DNA of 64,000 nucleotides from Gammaproteobacteria bacterium (GTDB taxonomy: Bacteria > Pseudomonadota > Gammaproteobacteria > G965277405). Positions 30,505 through 42,919 of this stretch are shown here, piece after piece. Numbering within the stretch: the first letter of the stretch is position 1; each line of letters opens with the position of its first letter. A program made the translations under genes and the position numbers. The notes beneath the pieces are model-generated. The model made no database searches and was not told the origin of the DNA. It saw nothing but the letters and a program-made list of their open reading frames with translations. Location of the stretch: contig OZ255726.1 in assembly GCA_965277405.1 (NCBI GenBank), forward strand, positions 1,636,580 through 1,700,579, read 5' to 3'.

Positions 30505-30625
30505 CAACGATTGCTTACGCTTGCTGTGTTGCATCCCTTGGCGTATATGCTATGGCATGCGCCTTGCAATCATCTGCAATTGCAGGCAAACTCTCTGCAG
30601 CAGCGGCTTAAGCAGAGCTTCCTTG
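30505..30625 (+). mobile_element. RE295 element, right half only (copy 10)
   Basis: ATTGCTTACGCTTGCTGTGTTGCATCCCTTGGCGTATATGCTATGGCATGCGCCTTGCAATCATCTGCAATTGCAGGCAAACTC...GCTTAAGCAGAGCTTCCTTGG. Confidence 0.85.
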
Positions 30626-30665
30626 GGAACAGCTACAACCATTTAATGAACGACACGACAATTAT

Positions 30666-31979
30666 ATGAGTAATACTGGAAATTCAGGCAACAAAGTGGT
30701 GCATTGTTCGTTCTGTGGCAAAGCTGAAAACACAGTGCGCATTGTTGCAGGACCTGGAGTGACTATTTGTGAAGAATGCGTCAGCGTGAGCATGAGTATT
30801 TTAAGCGGAGAGCAGCAAGACCGAGGAGAACAGCAAGTTATAGAAAAAATGAAGTTGTTAACGCCGAAGCAGATGTATGCCAAACTTTCTGAACACGTCA
30901 TCGGTCAAGAAGGTGCAAAGAAAAGTCTAGCCGTTGCCGTATACAATCATTATAAACGGATTATAAACAAGCTAACATCGAAACTTGATGTTGAAGTAGG
31001 GAAAAGCAACGTGTTGATGATAGGCCCGACAGGATCAGGAAAAACGCTGCTAGCACAAACATTGGCCAAGACGCTTGATGTGCCATTTACTATTGCCGAT
31101 GCCACCAGCTTAACGGAAGCCGGCTATGTTGGTGAGGATGTTGAGCAAATTCTACAGCGCTTATTGCAACAATGCGATAATGACGTAGAGCGTGCGCAGC
31201 GCGGCATTGTCTATATTGATGAAATCGATAAAATTGCTCGCAAAAGTGAAAATATGTCGATTACTCGAGATGTTTCAGGTGAAGGTGTCCAGCAAGCATT
31301 GTTAAAGTTAATCGAAGGCTGTATTGCCATGGTACCACCACATGGTGGCAGGAAGCATCCAAGCCAAGACTTTATCCGGGTTGATACGACTGGTATTTTA
31401 TTTATTTGTGGTGGGGCATTTGATGGGCTCGCAGCGATTATCGAGCAGCGCACTGGGCAACAAGGAATTGGCTTTCAAGCAGAACTTGCCAACGATAACA
31501 CCCGTAGCGTTGACGAGATTTTAGCAGAGGTTCAGTTTGAAGATTTAATTCGATATGGGCTCATTCCAGAATTTGTCGGACGGTTACCGATGTTGGTGCC
31601 ACTGCAAACTCTTGATCATGCTGCGTTGCGTCGAGTATTAGTCGAACCAAAAAACGCTTTGATAAAACAGTATCAAAGCCTGTTTAACTTTGATGGTGTC
31701 GAGTTGGAAATCCAAGATGATGCGTTAGATGAGATTGTTGGCGACGCCCTGCGTCGCAAAACAGGTGCGCGTGGGCTGCGCTCAATTCTTGAGCAAACAT
31801 TGCTAGACCCGATGTTTGAAGTGCCAACAGATACTTCGATTACTGCTGTGAGAATATCTAAAGAGCAAGTACAGCAGAAAGCTCCAGCGTTGTATCTGCA
31901 TGGCAATAAAAAAACTGCAGTCAACAACAAAACACCAATCAGCAAAACACCAGTTAGCAAACATAGTTCACAATTATGA
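30666..31979 (+). CDS. clpX: ATP-dependent Clp protease ATP-binding subunit ClpX
   Basis: N-terminal zinc module CSFCGK..CEEC and Walker A GPTGSGKT. 437 aa. Confidence 0.96.
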   Translation: MSNTGNSGNKVVHCSFCGKAENTVRIVAGPGVTICEECVSVSMSILSGEQQDRGEQQVIEKMKLLTPKQMYAKLSEHVIGQEGAKKSLAVAVYNHYKRIINKLTSKLDVEVGKSNVLMIGPTGSGKTLLAQTLAKTLDVPFTIADATSLTEAGYVGEDVEQILQRLLQQCDNDVERAQRGIVYIDEIDKIARKSENMSITRDVSGEGVQQALLKLIEGCIAMVPPHGGRKHPSQDFIRVDTTGILFICGGAFDGLAAIIEQRTGQQGIGFQAELANDNTRSVDEILAEVQFEDLIRYGLIPEFVGRLPMLVPLQTLDHAALRRVLVEPKNALIKQYQSLFNFDGVELEIQDDALDEIVGDALRRKTGARGLRSILEQTLLDPMFEVPTDTSITAVRISKEQVQQKAPALYLHGNKKTAVNNKTPISKTPVSKHSSQL

Positions 31980-34396
31980 TAGAAGTCCAGACAGATTATC
32001 TCGTTGAAAAAAATGATACGCTCGCAGTGTTGCCGTTACGTGGCACGGTTGTTTTTCCAAAAACGGATGAAGACATTCATGTAGGTAGAGACCTGTCTAT
32101 TGCTGCTGTGCACCATGGGATAAGGAATAATGGCTTTGTTGTTATCGTTTCTCAAATTGACCATGAAATTCAGTCACCAACGCATGCTGATTTATTTACT
32201 ATTGGCACGTTAGCGCAAATTACCAAAATTCAATCATTGCCTGATGACACCATGCAGGTGCATCTGACTGGTATTCGTCGAGTACATCTGACCATGGTAT
32301 GCGAAGGAAGCCCAATAATGGCAAAAGTCGAAAATCTTACTGTTGAACAAATCAACTTAGCAAAATTCGGCAAACTGATGGACGTGTTTGAAGAGCAATG
32401 CAAAGAGTCTGCGCAAATTGCTCGACAAGATATCAGTGATCTGTTTGTCTCACTTGAAGAGTACAAGAACCAGCCCAGTGCATACGTTGATACGGCGGTT
32501 AAGTTTTTAAATATCCCCGTGAAGCAAAAACAACAGCTCCTGGAACAGCTGAACCCGCATAAGCGCTTAGAATCGCTCATTAGTATGCTATCTACCCATC
32601 TTGACTTGGTCAAATTAGAAAGGAAAATCCAAAAACGAGCTCGCGGACAAATAGATAAAAACCAAAAGGAATATTACCTCTCGGAGCAAATGAAGGCGAT
32701 TCAAAAAGAAATGGAGTCGCTTGATACTAGCGATATAGAGAATTTTGAAGAGAAAGCCAAGAAGCTAGGGATTCACGCCAAAGGCAAAGAAAAACTGCTG
32801 CGTGAAATAAAACGCCTGAAACAAATGTCGTCGATGTCACCAGAGGCTGGTGTTATTCGCAGTTATATAGAATGGTTATTAGACGTACCGTGGAAAAAAC
32901 GCAGTAAGCTACACAGCGATATTCAACGTGCCGCGACGGTACTGAATGACGACCATTATGGTTTAGACGATATCAAACAACGTATTTTGGAGCATCTTTC
33001 AGCGTATAAACGCAGCGATAAAGTGCGTACTCCTGTCCTGTGTCTGGTAGGGCCTCCAGGTGTTGGGAAAACTTCATTGGGTGCTTCGATTGCCAAAGCC
33101 ACGAATAGAACACTTATTCGCATGTCATTGGGTGGGATGCGAGATGAAGCCGAGATACGCGGTCATCGACGCACATATATAGGTGCTATGCCTGGAAAAA
33201 TCGTCCAAAACTTAGTCAAAGCAAAGGTGAAAAACCCATTGTTTTTGCTCGATGAAATAGACAAGCTGGGTGCAGATTTTCGCGGCGATCCGGCGTCAGC
33301 GCTGCTTGAAGTCTTGGATCCAGAGCAAAATCACGCATTTATTGACCACTATCTTGAAGTTGAATGCGATCTCTCTGAAATTATGTTTATTTGCACCAGC
33401 AATTCTTTGCGTATTCCAGATGCATTGCGTGACCGCTTAGAAATTATTGAGCTGTCGGGTTATACCGAATATGAAAAACACAATATTGCCACTAAACATT
33501 TGCTGCCCAAAATACTCAAACAATATAAATTAACCAACACCATCAGCGTTACTGATGCGGCGATTCAAACGGTCATCAGCCGCTATGTGCGCGAGGCTGG
33601 AGTACGAAAACTTGAGCGCCAGCTTGAGAAAATTGCGCGTAAACATATCTTTTGGCTGGAGACGCAGCAAATTAAAGAATGTAAAAAAGTAATCACTCCC
33701 GCATTATTAAAAAAATATTTAGGCGTTGAACGCTATCAACACCTTGATGCAGAAAAAACTGATCAAGTCGGTCAGGCAACGGGACTAGCTTGGACACAAG
33801 CCGGTGGCGAGCTGCTCAATATAGAAACCAGTATTGTTCCAGGCAAAGGTCAACTCCAGCTGACAGGATCAATGGGTGACGTCATGCGCGAATCTGCAAA
33901 AGCTGCGATTACTGTGCTGCGGGGTAAATCTAATTTACTGGGTTTAGCAGACGACTTTTTTTCAAAAAACGACATCCACATTCACATCCCAGAAGGAGCA
34001 ACGCCCAAAGACGGACCAAGTGCTGGAGTGGCAATGTGTATGGTGTTGTTGTCTGTGTTCACCCAGCAACCTGTACGACATGATGTAGCGATGACAGGCG
34101 AAGTCACCATCCGCGGCAAGGTATTGGCTATTGGCGGGTTGAAAGAAAAATTACTAGCTGCACACCGTGGCGGTATTCGCAAGGTCATTATTCCAAAAGA
34201 GAATACCCGCGATTTAGACGAAATACCTAACAATATTTTGCAAGGTCTAAAAATACTGCCAGTAGCTGGTATCGATGAAGCATTCTCGCTTGGAATTAAC
34301 GGGTTTATCGATAGCTGGAGAGGCACAGGTATGCAGTATGCCCAGCTGTATTCGCATGAAAAGTTCGATGGATCACAGGTAACAAGCATGAACTAA
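31976..34396 (+). CDS. lon: Lon protease
   Basis: Walker [10 protein letters not shown] and protease motif PKDGPSAG. 806 aa. The ATG overlaps the clpX stop. The TAA stop (34394-34396) lies within a solo RE295 end. Confidence 0.96.
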   Translation: MIEVQTDYLVEKNDTLAVLPLRGTVVFPKTDEDIHVGRDLSIAAVHHGIRNNGFVVIVSQIDHEIQSPTHADLFTIGTLAQITKIQSLPDDTMQVHLTGIRRVHLTMVCEGSPIMAKVENLTVEQINLAKFGKLMDVFEEQCKESAQIARQDISDLFVSLEEYKNQPSAYVDTAVKFLNIPVKQKQQLLEQLNPHKRLESLISMLSTHLDLVKLERKIQKRARGQIDKNQKEYYLSEQMKAIQKEMESLDTSDIENFEEKAKKLGIHAKGKEKLLREIKRLKQMSSMSPEAGVIRSYIEWLLDVPWKKRSKLHSDIQRAATVLNDDHYGLDDIKQRILEHLSAYKRSDKVRTPVLCLVGPPGVGKTSLGASIAKATNRTLIRMSLGGMRDEAEIRGHRRTYIGAMPGKIVQNLVKAKVKNPLFLLDEIDKLGADFRGDPASALLEVLDPEQNHAFIDHYLEVECDLSEIMFICTSNSLRIPDALRDRLEIIELSGYTEYEKHNIATKHLLPKILKQYKLTNTISVTDAAIQTVISRYVREAGVRKLERQLEKIARKHIFWLETQQIKECKKVITPALLKKYLGVERYQHLDAEKTDQVGQATGLAWTQAGGELLNIETSIVPGKGQLQLTGSMGDVMRESAKAAITVLRGKSNLLGLADDFFSKNDIHIHIPEGATPKDGPSAGVAMCMVLLSVFTQQPVRHDVAMTGEVTIRGKVLAIGGLKEKLLAAHRGGIRKVIIPKENTRDLDEIPNNILQGLKILPVAGIDEAFSLGINGFIDSWRGTGMQYAQLYSHEKFDGSQVTSMN

Positions 34397-34416
34397 GGAA
34401 GCTCTGATTAACTCGC
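34393..34416 (-). mobile_element. solo RE295 right end (inverted)
   Basis: CTAAGGAAGCTCTGATTAACTCGC. Confidence 0.75.
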
Positions 34417-34580
34417 AGCTCGTCTTTACCATATTTGCTATATGAAAATAGGGCAAAGACTTGCCGCAGTGTTGGCTTGGAATGACCAGACAAGATGATC
34501 CATTTAGCGTATCAACAGCTATGGATTGCCATTGCGCAAAGTCGCTTTTGTCACGCATCATAGGCTATGCCTAAGATTTA

Positions 34581-34631
34581 ACCAGCAATCTCTATATTTA
34601 CCTATATCTCAAATATAGAGATTGTGCTGGT
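34581..34631. terminator. long hairpin (19-bp stem with one bulge, 11-nt loop), possible lon terminator
   Basis: ACCAGCAATCTCTATATTT / AAATATAGAGATTGTGCTGGT. A T-rich stretch begins about 10 nt downstream, so this is not a textbook intrinsic terminator. Confidence 0.3.
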
Positions 34632-34824
34632 GATAATTCCATTTTATTTTAAGATATGCTAGTCGATTTTAATTTAAAAAATGCTTATCGAACACCTTGA
34701 GTTAGTCGAACTCCTTGAAAATAAACGAAAAACATTGTTACAATGCGGTTTTGTGTTGTATAAAACACATGATGTTTGAGTAGAAGTTTCCATTATTGTG
34801 AAAAAGCTTGTTAAGGATCCCAAA

Positions 34825-35094
34825 ATGAATAAAACAAAATTAATTGAATCAGTAGCTGAGCAGTCAGGTCTTTCAAAGGCACAAGCAGCGACGGCTGTTA
34901 ACGCAACACTGTGTTCAATAATTGATGCGTTAAAGGCAGGTCAGGATGTTATGATAGTAGGGTTCGGGGGGTTTAGAGTAAAATCTCGCGCAGCACGACA
35001 AGGTCGAAATCCAAAAACTGGTGAACCGATTCAAATTCCAGCAAGTAAGACTGTGGGTTTTAGAATCAGTCCTGCCGCGAAAAGCGATTTATGA
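34825..35094 (+). CDS. hupB: DNA-binding protein HU-beta
   Basis: MNKTKLIESVAEQSGLSKAQA.. and GRNPKTGEPIQIPA. 89 aa. Synteny lon-hupB-ppiD. Confidence 0.92.
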   Translation: MNKTKLIESVAEQSGLSKAQAATAVNATLCSIIDALKAGQDVMIVGFGGFRVKSRAARQGRNPKTGEPIQIPASKTVGFRISPAAKSDL

Positions 35095-35209
35095 ATAAAA
35101 AATACGCTCCTTCATCTGCTTAGAATACTGTGAATTCCACATAACTCCTCTTAATTAGCTTCCTTTACCCCAATAAGCATGGGCACATACAGCGCATGCT
35201 TTTATAATT

Positions 35210-37102
35210 ATGCTTGAATCTATCCGTAAACATTCTCGTGGTTGGATCGCCAAAACCATCATTGGGCTGATCGTTGTCAGTTTTGCTGCATTTGGCGTAG
35301 AACAGTTTTTCCAAAACGATGGGGCACAAGCAACAGTGCTTGCGATTAACGACCGTAATATTGACGCGTATACGTTTTCACAACTTTTGCAATCAAACCG
35401 TCGACTACTTGCCCAGCAATATAAAGTTGCAGCAACCGCCATCCCGCAACAACAGTTGGAGCAGTACACCGTCAATCAAGCAATTAGCCAGACGCTATAT
35501 CAACAAAAAATTGCAGCCCTTGAATTAACAGCTAGTCAAGCTGAGTTTGAAGCGGCTATTGTTGCAGATGAGCGGTTTCATATCAATGGGGGTTTTGATG
35601 AAGATGCGTTCACGAATGCAGCACGTGGACAGAGTTGGCCAGACTTTAAAAGCAACTACACTAGCATACTGGCATCACAACAGCTGGACACGGCAGTGCT
35701 AACCGAACCGCCAATAGTTGATAAACAAATATACGTCATGCTGCGCTTATTGTATCAAAAACGCAGCTTTGACATGATTAAATTGCCGTTGCATGTATTT
35801 CTTGATGGCGTAGCAGCAGATGAAACACGTTCACGAGCATATTATGAGACCAATACAGCACAGTATTTTAGTGACGAAAAAGTCCAGATAGAATATATAC
35901 AGCTTAGCCGTGAAGATCTATCTGCTGACGCATGGCCGACTGATGAAGAGTTGCAGTCTGCCCTTGCCGACCGCCAGCAGCAACAACCAGCTGCGTATAA
36001 TGTATCACATATTTTGCTAACAGCAGACGGTAGCGACGCCTTGGTTAATGCAGAAAAGGTGTATACCCAACTCACAGCAGATCCTAGCCAATTTGCAGAC
36101 ATCGCCAGCAAACAATCAATCGATACAGTCTCAGCTAATACTGGTGGCGATTTAGGAGATTTAAGGATTGCCGACATGGACCCTGCGTTTGTTGATCAAA
36201 TACAATTCATGGAAGTTGCTGAGATATCTCCGCCAATTTTAACCGATTTTGGCTATCACCTGATTCGGCTCAATAGCATCAAGCAAGCAAAGGATATTGA
36301 CAGCGATAATCTGACAGAAACTATTCGACAAGCATTACACCAACAAAAAATGGACGATACCATCAACACCCTTGCTGAAGAGCTCGCTGATGCGACATTT
36401 GCCGCAACAACACTAGAAGAACCAGCAAAACAATTCGGCTATACCGTGCAAAAATCTGGTTTTTTTAGCCAGGTAGCTGGTAATGAAACTGTCACGAAAA
36501 ACAGCAATGTCCGTGCACTGGCATTTAGTGATAAAATAAAAAATGCTGGACAGACAAGTGATATTGTCACGTTGGCAAATGGTCATAAACTAGTTTTTCG
36601 AGTTATAGACATCCAAGACAGCGCACAGCAACCGTATGCCGCAGTGCGCCATGCAGTTGCAAAAGATTGGCGGCAGTCTGTAGCAACAACACAGCGCAAT
36701 GCACTGATTAGCAGTATCAATGACACAACGGATATCAGTACAGATGCAACTGTCAGCTTGTCTGAATATCCCTCGCTGGCGTGGCAAACGATTACAGAGA
36801 GCGATTCTCAAGTGAATCCAGATGTGTCGGCAGACGTATTGCAATTTGTGTTTGGCTTGGCGGCAAACACCAAAAACAGTATGCAACAATACTCCTCTAA
36901 CAATACTACAGTGCTGATCAAACTTACCAATATTCACTATCCAGATAAAAACTCACTTATTGATGCGCAGCGGCTTGAAATGACACAATATCTTGAACGG
37001 ACTGTCAGCGAGAACACCATATATGGGTTTAATACTTCGTTGCGCAACAACGCCACAATAGTGGATCGCACCGACCGCACAGCAGAGGCTCTTGCGCGCT
37101 AG
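35210..37102 (+). CDS. ppiD: periplasmic chaperone / peptidylprolyl isomerase PpiD
   Basis: N-terminal anchor MLESIRKHSRGWIAKTIIGLIVVSF, a central parvulin-like segment (SHILL..GGDLG), and synteny. Confidence 0.85.
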   Translation: MLESIRKHSRGWIAKTIIGLIVVSFAAFGVEQFFQNDGAQATVLAINDRNIDAYTFSQLLQSNRRLLAQQYKVAATAIPQQQLEQYTVNQAISQTLYQQKIAALELTASQAEFEAAIVADERFHINGGFDEDAFTNAARGQSWPDFKSNYTSILASQQLDTAVLTEPPIVDKQIYVMLRLLYQKRSFDMIKLPLHVFLDGVAADETRSRAYYETNTAQYFSDEKVQIEYIQLSREDLSADAWPTDEELQSALADRQQQQPAAYNVSHILLTADGSDALVNAEKVYTQLTADPSQFADIASKQSIDTVSANTGGDLGDLRIADMDPAFVDQIQFMEVAEISPPILTDFGYHLIRLNSIKQAKDIDSDNLTETIRQALHQQKMDDTINTLAEELADATFAATTLEEPAKQFGYTVQKSGFFSQVAGNETVTKNSNVRALAFSDKIKNAGQTSDIVTLANGHKLVFRVIDIQDSAQQPYAAVRHAVAKDWRQSVATTQRNALISSINDTTDISTDATVSLSEYPSLAWQTITESDSQVNPDVSADVLQFVFGLAANTKNSMQQYSSNNTTVLIKLTNIHYPDKNSLIDAQRLEMTQYLERTVSENTIYGFNTSLRNNATIVDRTDRTAEALAR

Positions 37103-37202
37103 TATTATCGATAATCGTTCTTTTCAGCGCTATTGTGGCTGAATCACACAGCAAACGCGCTCGCAATTACCTAATCAATACTATCTGAGTGATATAGGTT
37201 TT

Positions 37203-37868
37203 TTGCCTATTAAGAATATGCAATTGCCACGTTGGTGCTTTGTGTGCCAAGCAGAACTTATTCACAGTCTTCCAATTCCAATCTGTCCAGATTGTCGCCG
37301 CGAACTTCCTTGGCTGCACGGTGACAATGCCTTGCAAGTCCTGATGATTGGCAGACCACAACATGGGGTAGTGCGTGCGCAACTTCGCAGTGTGTTTGCG
37401 TACGAAACACCTATACCACGTTTACTTACCAGTTGGAAAAAACACAATAATCAATTAGTTGGTAATTGGCTGATTCGCTTAGCGGTTGAGGCAACAGTTT
37501 TTGCTGCAACGCATATAGTGGTGCCAGTACCCCAACATTGGCGCACAATGTTATGGCGTGGCCACCAACCAACACGAACGCTAGCGTTACGACTTGCGCA
37601 ACATAACTATTGCAGCGTTCATGAATTACTCCAAAAAAAACGCAGCAATCCGCCGCAAAAAGGGCTGACAAACCCCCAACGTCGCATCAATGTTCGTGGG
37701 GTGTTTAAGGTGCAACAACCACAACAGCTGCAACAATATGTGGCGCGACCACTGTTGCTGGTTGATGATGTGATGACGACTGGTACCACCATCCGCGCCT
37801 GTTTGTTACAATGCTATCGTGCAGGATTTTGCCAATTGTCAGCATTCACGATAGCGCGGGTAGATTAG
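37203..37868 (+). CDS. comF: ComF-family phosphoribosyltransferase-like competence protein
   Basis: N-terminal Cys pairs CFVC..CPDC and PRT motif LLVDDVMTTGTT. The start may be the ATG at 37218. Confidence 0.75.
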   Translation: MPIKNMQLPRWCFVCQAELIHSLPIPICPDCRRELPWLHGDNALQVLMIGRPQHGVVRAQLRSVFAYETPIPRLLTSWKKHNNQLVGNWLIRLAVEATVFAATHIVVPVPQHWRTMLWRGHQPTRTLALRLAQHNYCSVHELLQKKRSNPPQKGLTNPQRRINVRGVFKVQQPQQLQQYVARPLLLVDDVMTTGTTIRACLLQCYRAGFCQLSAFTIARVD

Positions 37869-38131
37869 GAAACAGCCATAATTTGCAATACCATGCCAAT
37901 GGATCGCGCTAGCGATTGTAAGGCGTGAGTATAACTTGGTAATAAATCAGCGGCAGCAGCGCGGCTGTGTTATGGGCGTTTGCGGTAGGCGGTTTCTGTG
38001 CAGAGCAGGTGGCTGCATAATTAAATAAGTGTGGAATGCAAGAACAATAGCTGCGTACCCCTACCAATAGAGCGTGTAGAACAGTGATTCGCTGGTATAA
38101 CTTGGTAATAATAGTGGTTTTGTGAGTTGCT

Positions 38132-39631
38132 ATGGTGTTGGGTTTTGTGTATTCGCGCACCAATCATGGAATTAGTGCTCCGCTGGTGCGGGTGGAAGCC
38201 TTTATTAGCAGCGGTCTGCCACGTTTTGATATTGTGGGTCTGGCTGAAAAAGCAGTGCGGGAAAGCAGCGAGCGGGTGCGGTGTGCTTTACATAGCAGTG
38301 GATTTATTTTCCCCAGCGATAGCAGGATTACCATTAATTTATCTCCAGCAGATTTGCCAAAACATGGTGGGCGGTTTGATTTGGCTATTGCCTTGAGCAT
38401 ATTGTTGGCAACCGATCAAGCTGTCCTCAATGGTGAATTTGAGTTTTTTGGTGAGCTGGGTTTTGATGGCAGTATTCGGGCGGTACGCGGTTGCTTGCCA
38501 GCTGCGCTCGAGTGTTTTGGTGCCAAGCGGATTATTGTTGCACCCCATGCAAATATAGCAGAAATACAAGTAATCGAAGGGCTGCGGTATGTCAGTGTGC
38601 CAATGTTAGCTGAATTGGTACCATTATTGAATGCCACGAATGCCAAGATTTGCAACCCGCGCTATATACCGCCAGCATATCAAAGTGATTTGGCAGAAAT
38701 AAAAGGTCAACAGTATGCCAAACGGGCATTAGAAGTTGCCGCAAGTGGTGGGCATCATGCGTTGATGGTCGGTGCGCCTGGCTGCGGTAAAACAATGTTG
38801 GCGCAACGCTTGCCAAGCATTTTACCACCGTTAACAATGCAAGAAAAAATTACCACTGGCTGTGTGTATTCGGTGGTTGGAGAAGCGTTTGATTGGTCGA
38901 GCATTCAACGTCCGTTTCGTGGGCCACACCATAGTGCATCGAGCGCAGCGTTGGTCGGTGGCACCAGTCAGGCAACGCCAGGTGAAATAAGTCTTGCGCA
39001 CAATGGGGTGTTGTTTTTGGATGAGGCGACTGAATACCCGCGCAAAGTACTCGATTCCTTGCGTGAGCCTTTAGAGTCTGGAGAAATTGTAATTGCTCGG
39101 GCGCATGCCAAAGTTAAATATCCTGCACGGTTTCAGTTTATCGCGGCAATGAATCCGTGTCCATGTGGTTATTTGGGAACACCGAAGGCCTGCTGTCGCT
39201 GCAGTGACCAATCAATTGATGCGTTTCGTAACCGTTTATCTGCTCCGCTGTTGGACAGAATAGATATACAAATAGAAGTCGTGGCAACCAAGCCTGCAGA
39301 TATTGTGCAAGGGACTATAGTTGAAGAAAGCAGCGCGGTTGTGCGTGAACGGGTATTGCGGTGTTGGCAATTGCAACAGCAACGCCAAGGTGTTGTGAAC
39401 GCACAGATGTCTGTGAGCCAACTTGAACAACACTGCAAGCTTGATTTAGACAACCAACAGTTGTTGATCAAAGCGATGGAGGCGTTTTCATTATCAACCA
39501 GAGGCTACAGCCGCATTGTGCGGGTGGCACGCACCATCGCCGATATGGCGGGCTTAGCAGCCATTAGCAAGCCACAATTGATTGAAGCGATGCAATATCG
39601 TAGGTTTGATACGAATACTGCTCGTATGTGA
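38132..39631 (+). CDS. comM: Mg-chelatase-family ATPase ComM/YifB
   Basis: N-terminus VYSRTNHGISAPLVRVEA..GLPRFDIVGL, Walker A GAPGCGKTM and the CPCG motif. 499 aa. Confidence 0.9.
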   Translation: MVLGFVYSRTNHGISAPLVRVEAFISSGLPRFDIVGLAEKAVRESSERVRCALHSSGFIFPSDSRITINLSPADLPKHGGRFDLAIALSILLATDQAVLNGEFEFFGELGFDGSIRAVRGCLPAALECFGAKRIIVAPHANIAEIQVIEGLRYVSVPMLAELVPLLNATNAKICNPRYIPPAYQSDLAEIKGQQYAKRALEVAASGGHHALMVGAPGCGKTMLAQRLPSILPPLTMQEKITTGCVYSVVGEAFDWSSIQRPFRGPHHSASSAALVGGTSQATPGEISLAHNGVLFLDEATEYPRKVLDSLREPLESGEIVIARAHAKVKYPARFQFIAAMNPCPCGYLGTPKACCRCSDQSIDAFRNRLSAPLLDRIDIQIEVVATKPADIVQGTIVEESSAVVRERVLRCWQLQQQRQGVVNAQMSVSQLEQHCKLDLDNQQLLIKAMEAFSLSTRGYSRIVRVARTIADMAGLAAISKPQLIEAMQYRRFDTNTARM

Positions 39632-39749
39632 AACAAGCGCGGATTACTATTGCGGCTGTTGTGTGCAGCACATGTATGAAATATACGAAAAAACAATATG
39701 GGTGTTGTGCTAGAAATACGTTTGGCTATGATGCGCAACGTGAATAATT

Positions 39750-40262
39750 ATGATTAAGTTTTTGGTATACGCTGTTGTCTACATGCTGATTGCGCGGCTG
39801 TGGTTGCAGCTAGCACGAGCTGATTACTATAACAGTGTTGCCCAATGGATTATCCGCTTGACGCGGCCTGTTGATATATTACAGCGGCTAATACCAAACG
39901 TTGCCAATATCAATCTTGCGGCAATAGTAGCAGCGTATAGCGTTGGGCTGGTTTTTTTGTATGCCAGTGGTGTGACTGACCCTAAAACATTGCTGCTATT
40001 CCCACTATTTCAAACAATCCAGTTATTGTGTAATTTTCTGATTTATCTCACATTGGCATCAGTCGTTATCAGTTGGGTCGCACAGGGCAGTGACCATGAT
40101 GCTGTGGTTATTATTCGTCAAGCCAGCGAACCACTGTTGGGCTTGATTCGTTCTATATTGCCGTCATTCGGTGGCTTAGATTTTTCGCCAGTTGTTGTGA
40201 TGTTTGGTCTGAGTTTTCTGAAAAGCGGCTTGGACAACTTGTTGTTTCAGTTGCTTGCGTAA
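39750..40262 (+). CDS. yggT: YggT-family membrane protein
   Basis: 170-aa protein with about 4 TM segments and a duplicated YGGT-like layout. Confidence 0.75.
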   Translation: MIKFLVYAVVYMLIARLWLQLARADYYNSVAQWIIRLTRPVDILQRLIPNVANINLAAIVAAYSVGLVFLYASGVTDPKTLLLFPLFQTIQLLCNFLIYLTLASVVISWVAQGSDHDAVVIIRQASEPLLGLIRSILPSFGGLDFSPVVVMFGLSFLKSGLDNLLFQLLA

Positions 40263-40444
40263 TGTTCTGGCTTGCCGTGATTGGCGCTGTTTTGGTGTTT
40301 GAAAGCATGATGCCATTGGCATTCCCGCGCCAATGGCTGCGGACGCTGCTGGCGCTGATGTCGACCCCCATTGTAAAACTACGGCTGTATGCAGGAATCG
40401 TTTTTATTGCAGGGTTGGCTTTGATGTGGCTGGCAACGCAGTAG
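40262..40444 (+). CDS. DUF2065 (YjeT-like) small membrane protein
   Basis: 60 aa with two TM segments, ..FESMMPLAFPRQW... The position immediately upstream of hisZ-purA is typical. Confidence 0.6.
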   Translation: MFWLAVIGAVLVFESMMPLAFPRQWLRTLLALMSTPIVKLRLYAGIVFIAGLALMWLATQ

Positions 40445-40453
40445 CAGATAACA

Positions 40454-42918
<2,465 letters not shown>

Positions 42919-42919
42919 T

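Noticed and set aside
35150-35168. CTTAATTAGCTTCCTTTAC downstream of hupB as another RE295 solo end
   Set aside because: It resembles CTTAATCAGAGCTTCCTTAG but needs a 3-bp gap, and only about 16 positions match. This is below what I would call without a formal alignment.
35175-35203. AAGCATG-N13-CATGCTT followed by TTAT, considered as the hupB terminator
   Set aside because: The stem is only 7 bp with a large loop, and the T-run is short. It ends 7 nt before the ppiD ATG. The evidence is too weak to annotate.
37930-38111. 16-bp direct repeat TATAACTTGGTAATAA at 37930 and 38096 flanking about 150 bp upstream of comM
   Set aside because: It could be a footprint of an excised element, since comM is a known integration hotspot in some bacteria. 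However comM is intact, the enclosed sequence has no features, and one pair of 16-mers is insufficient evidence.
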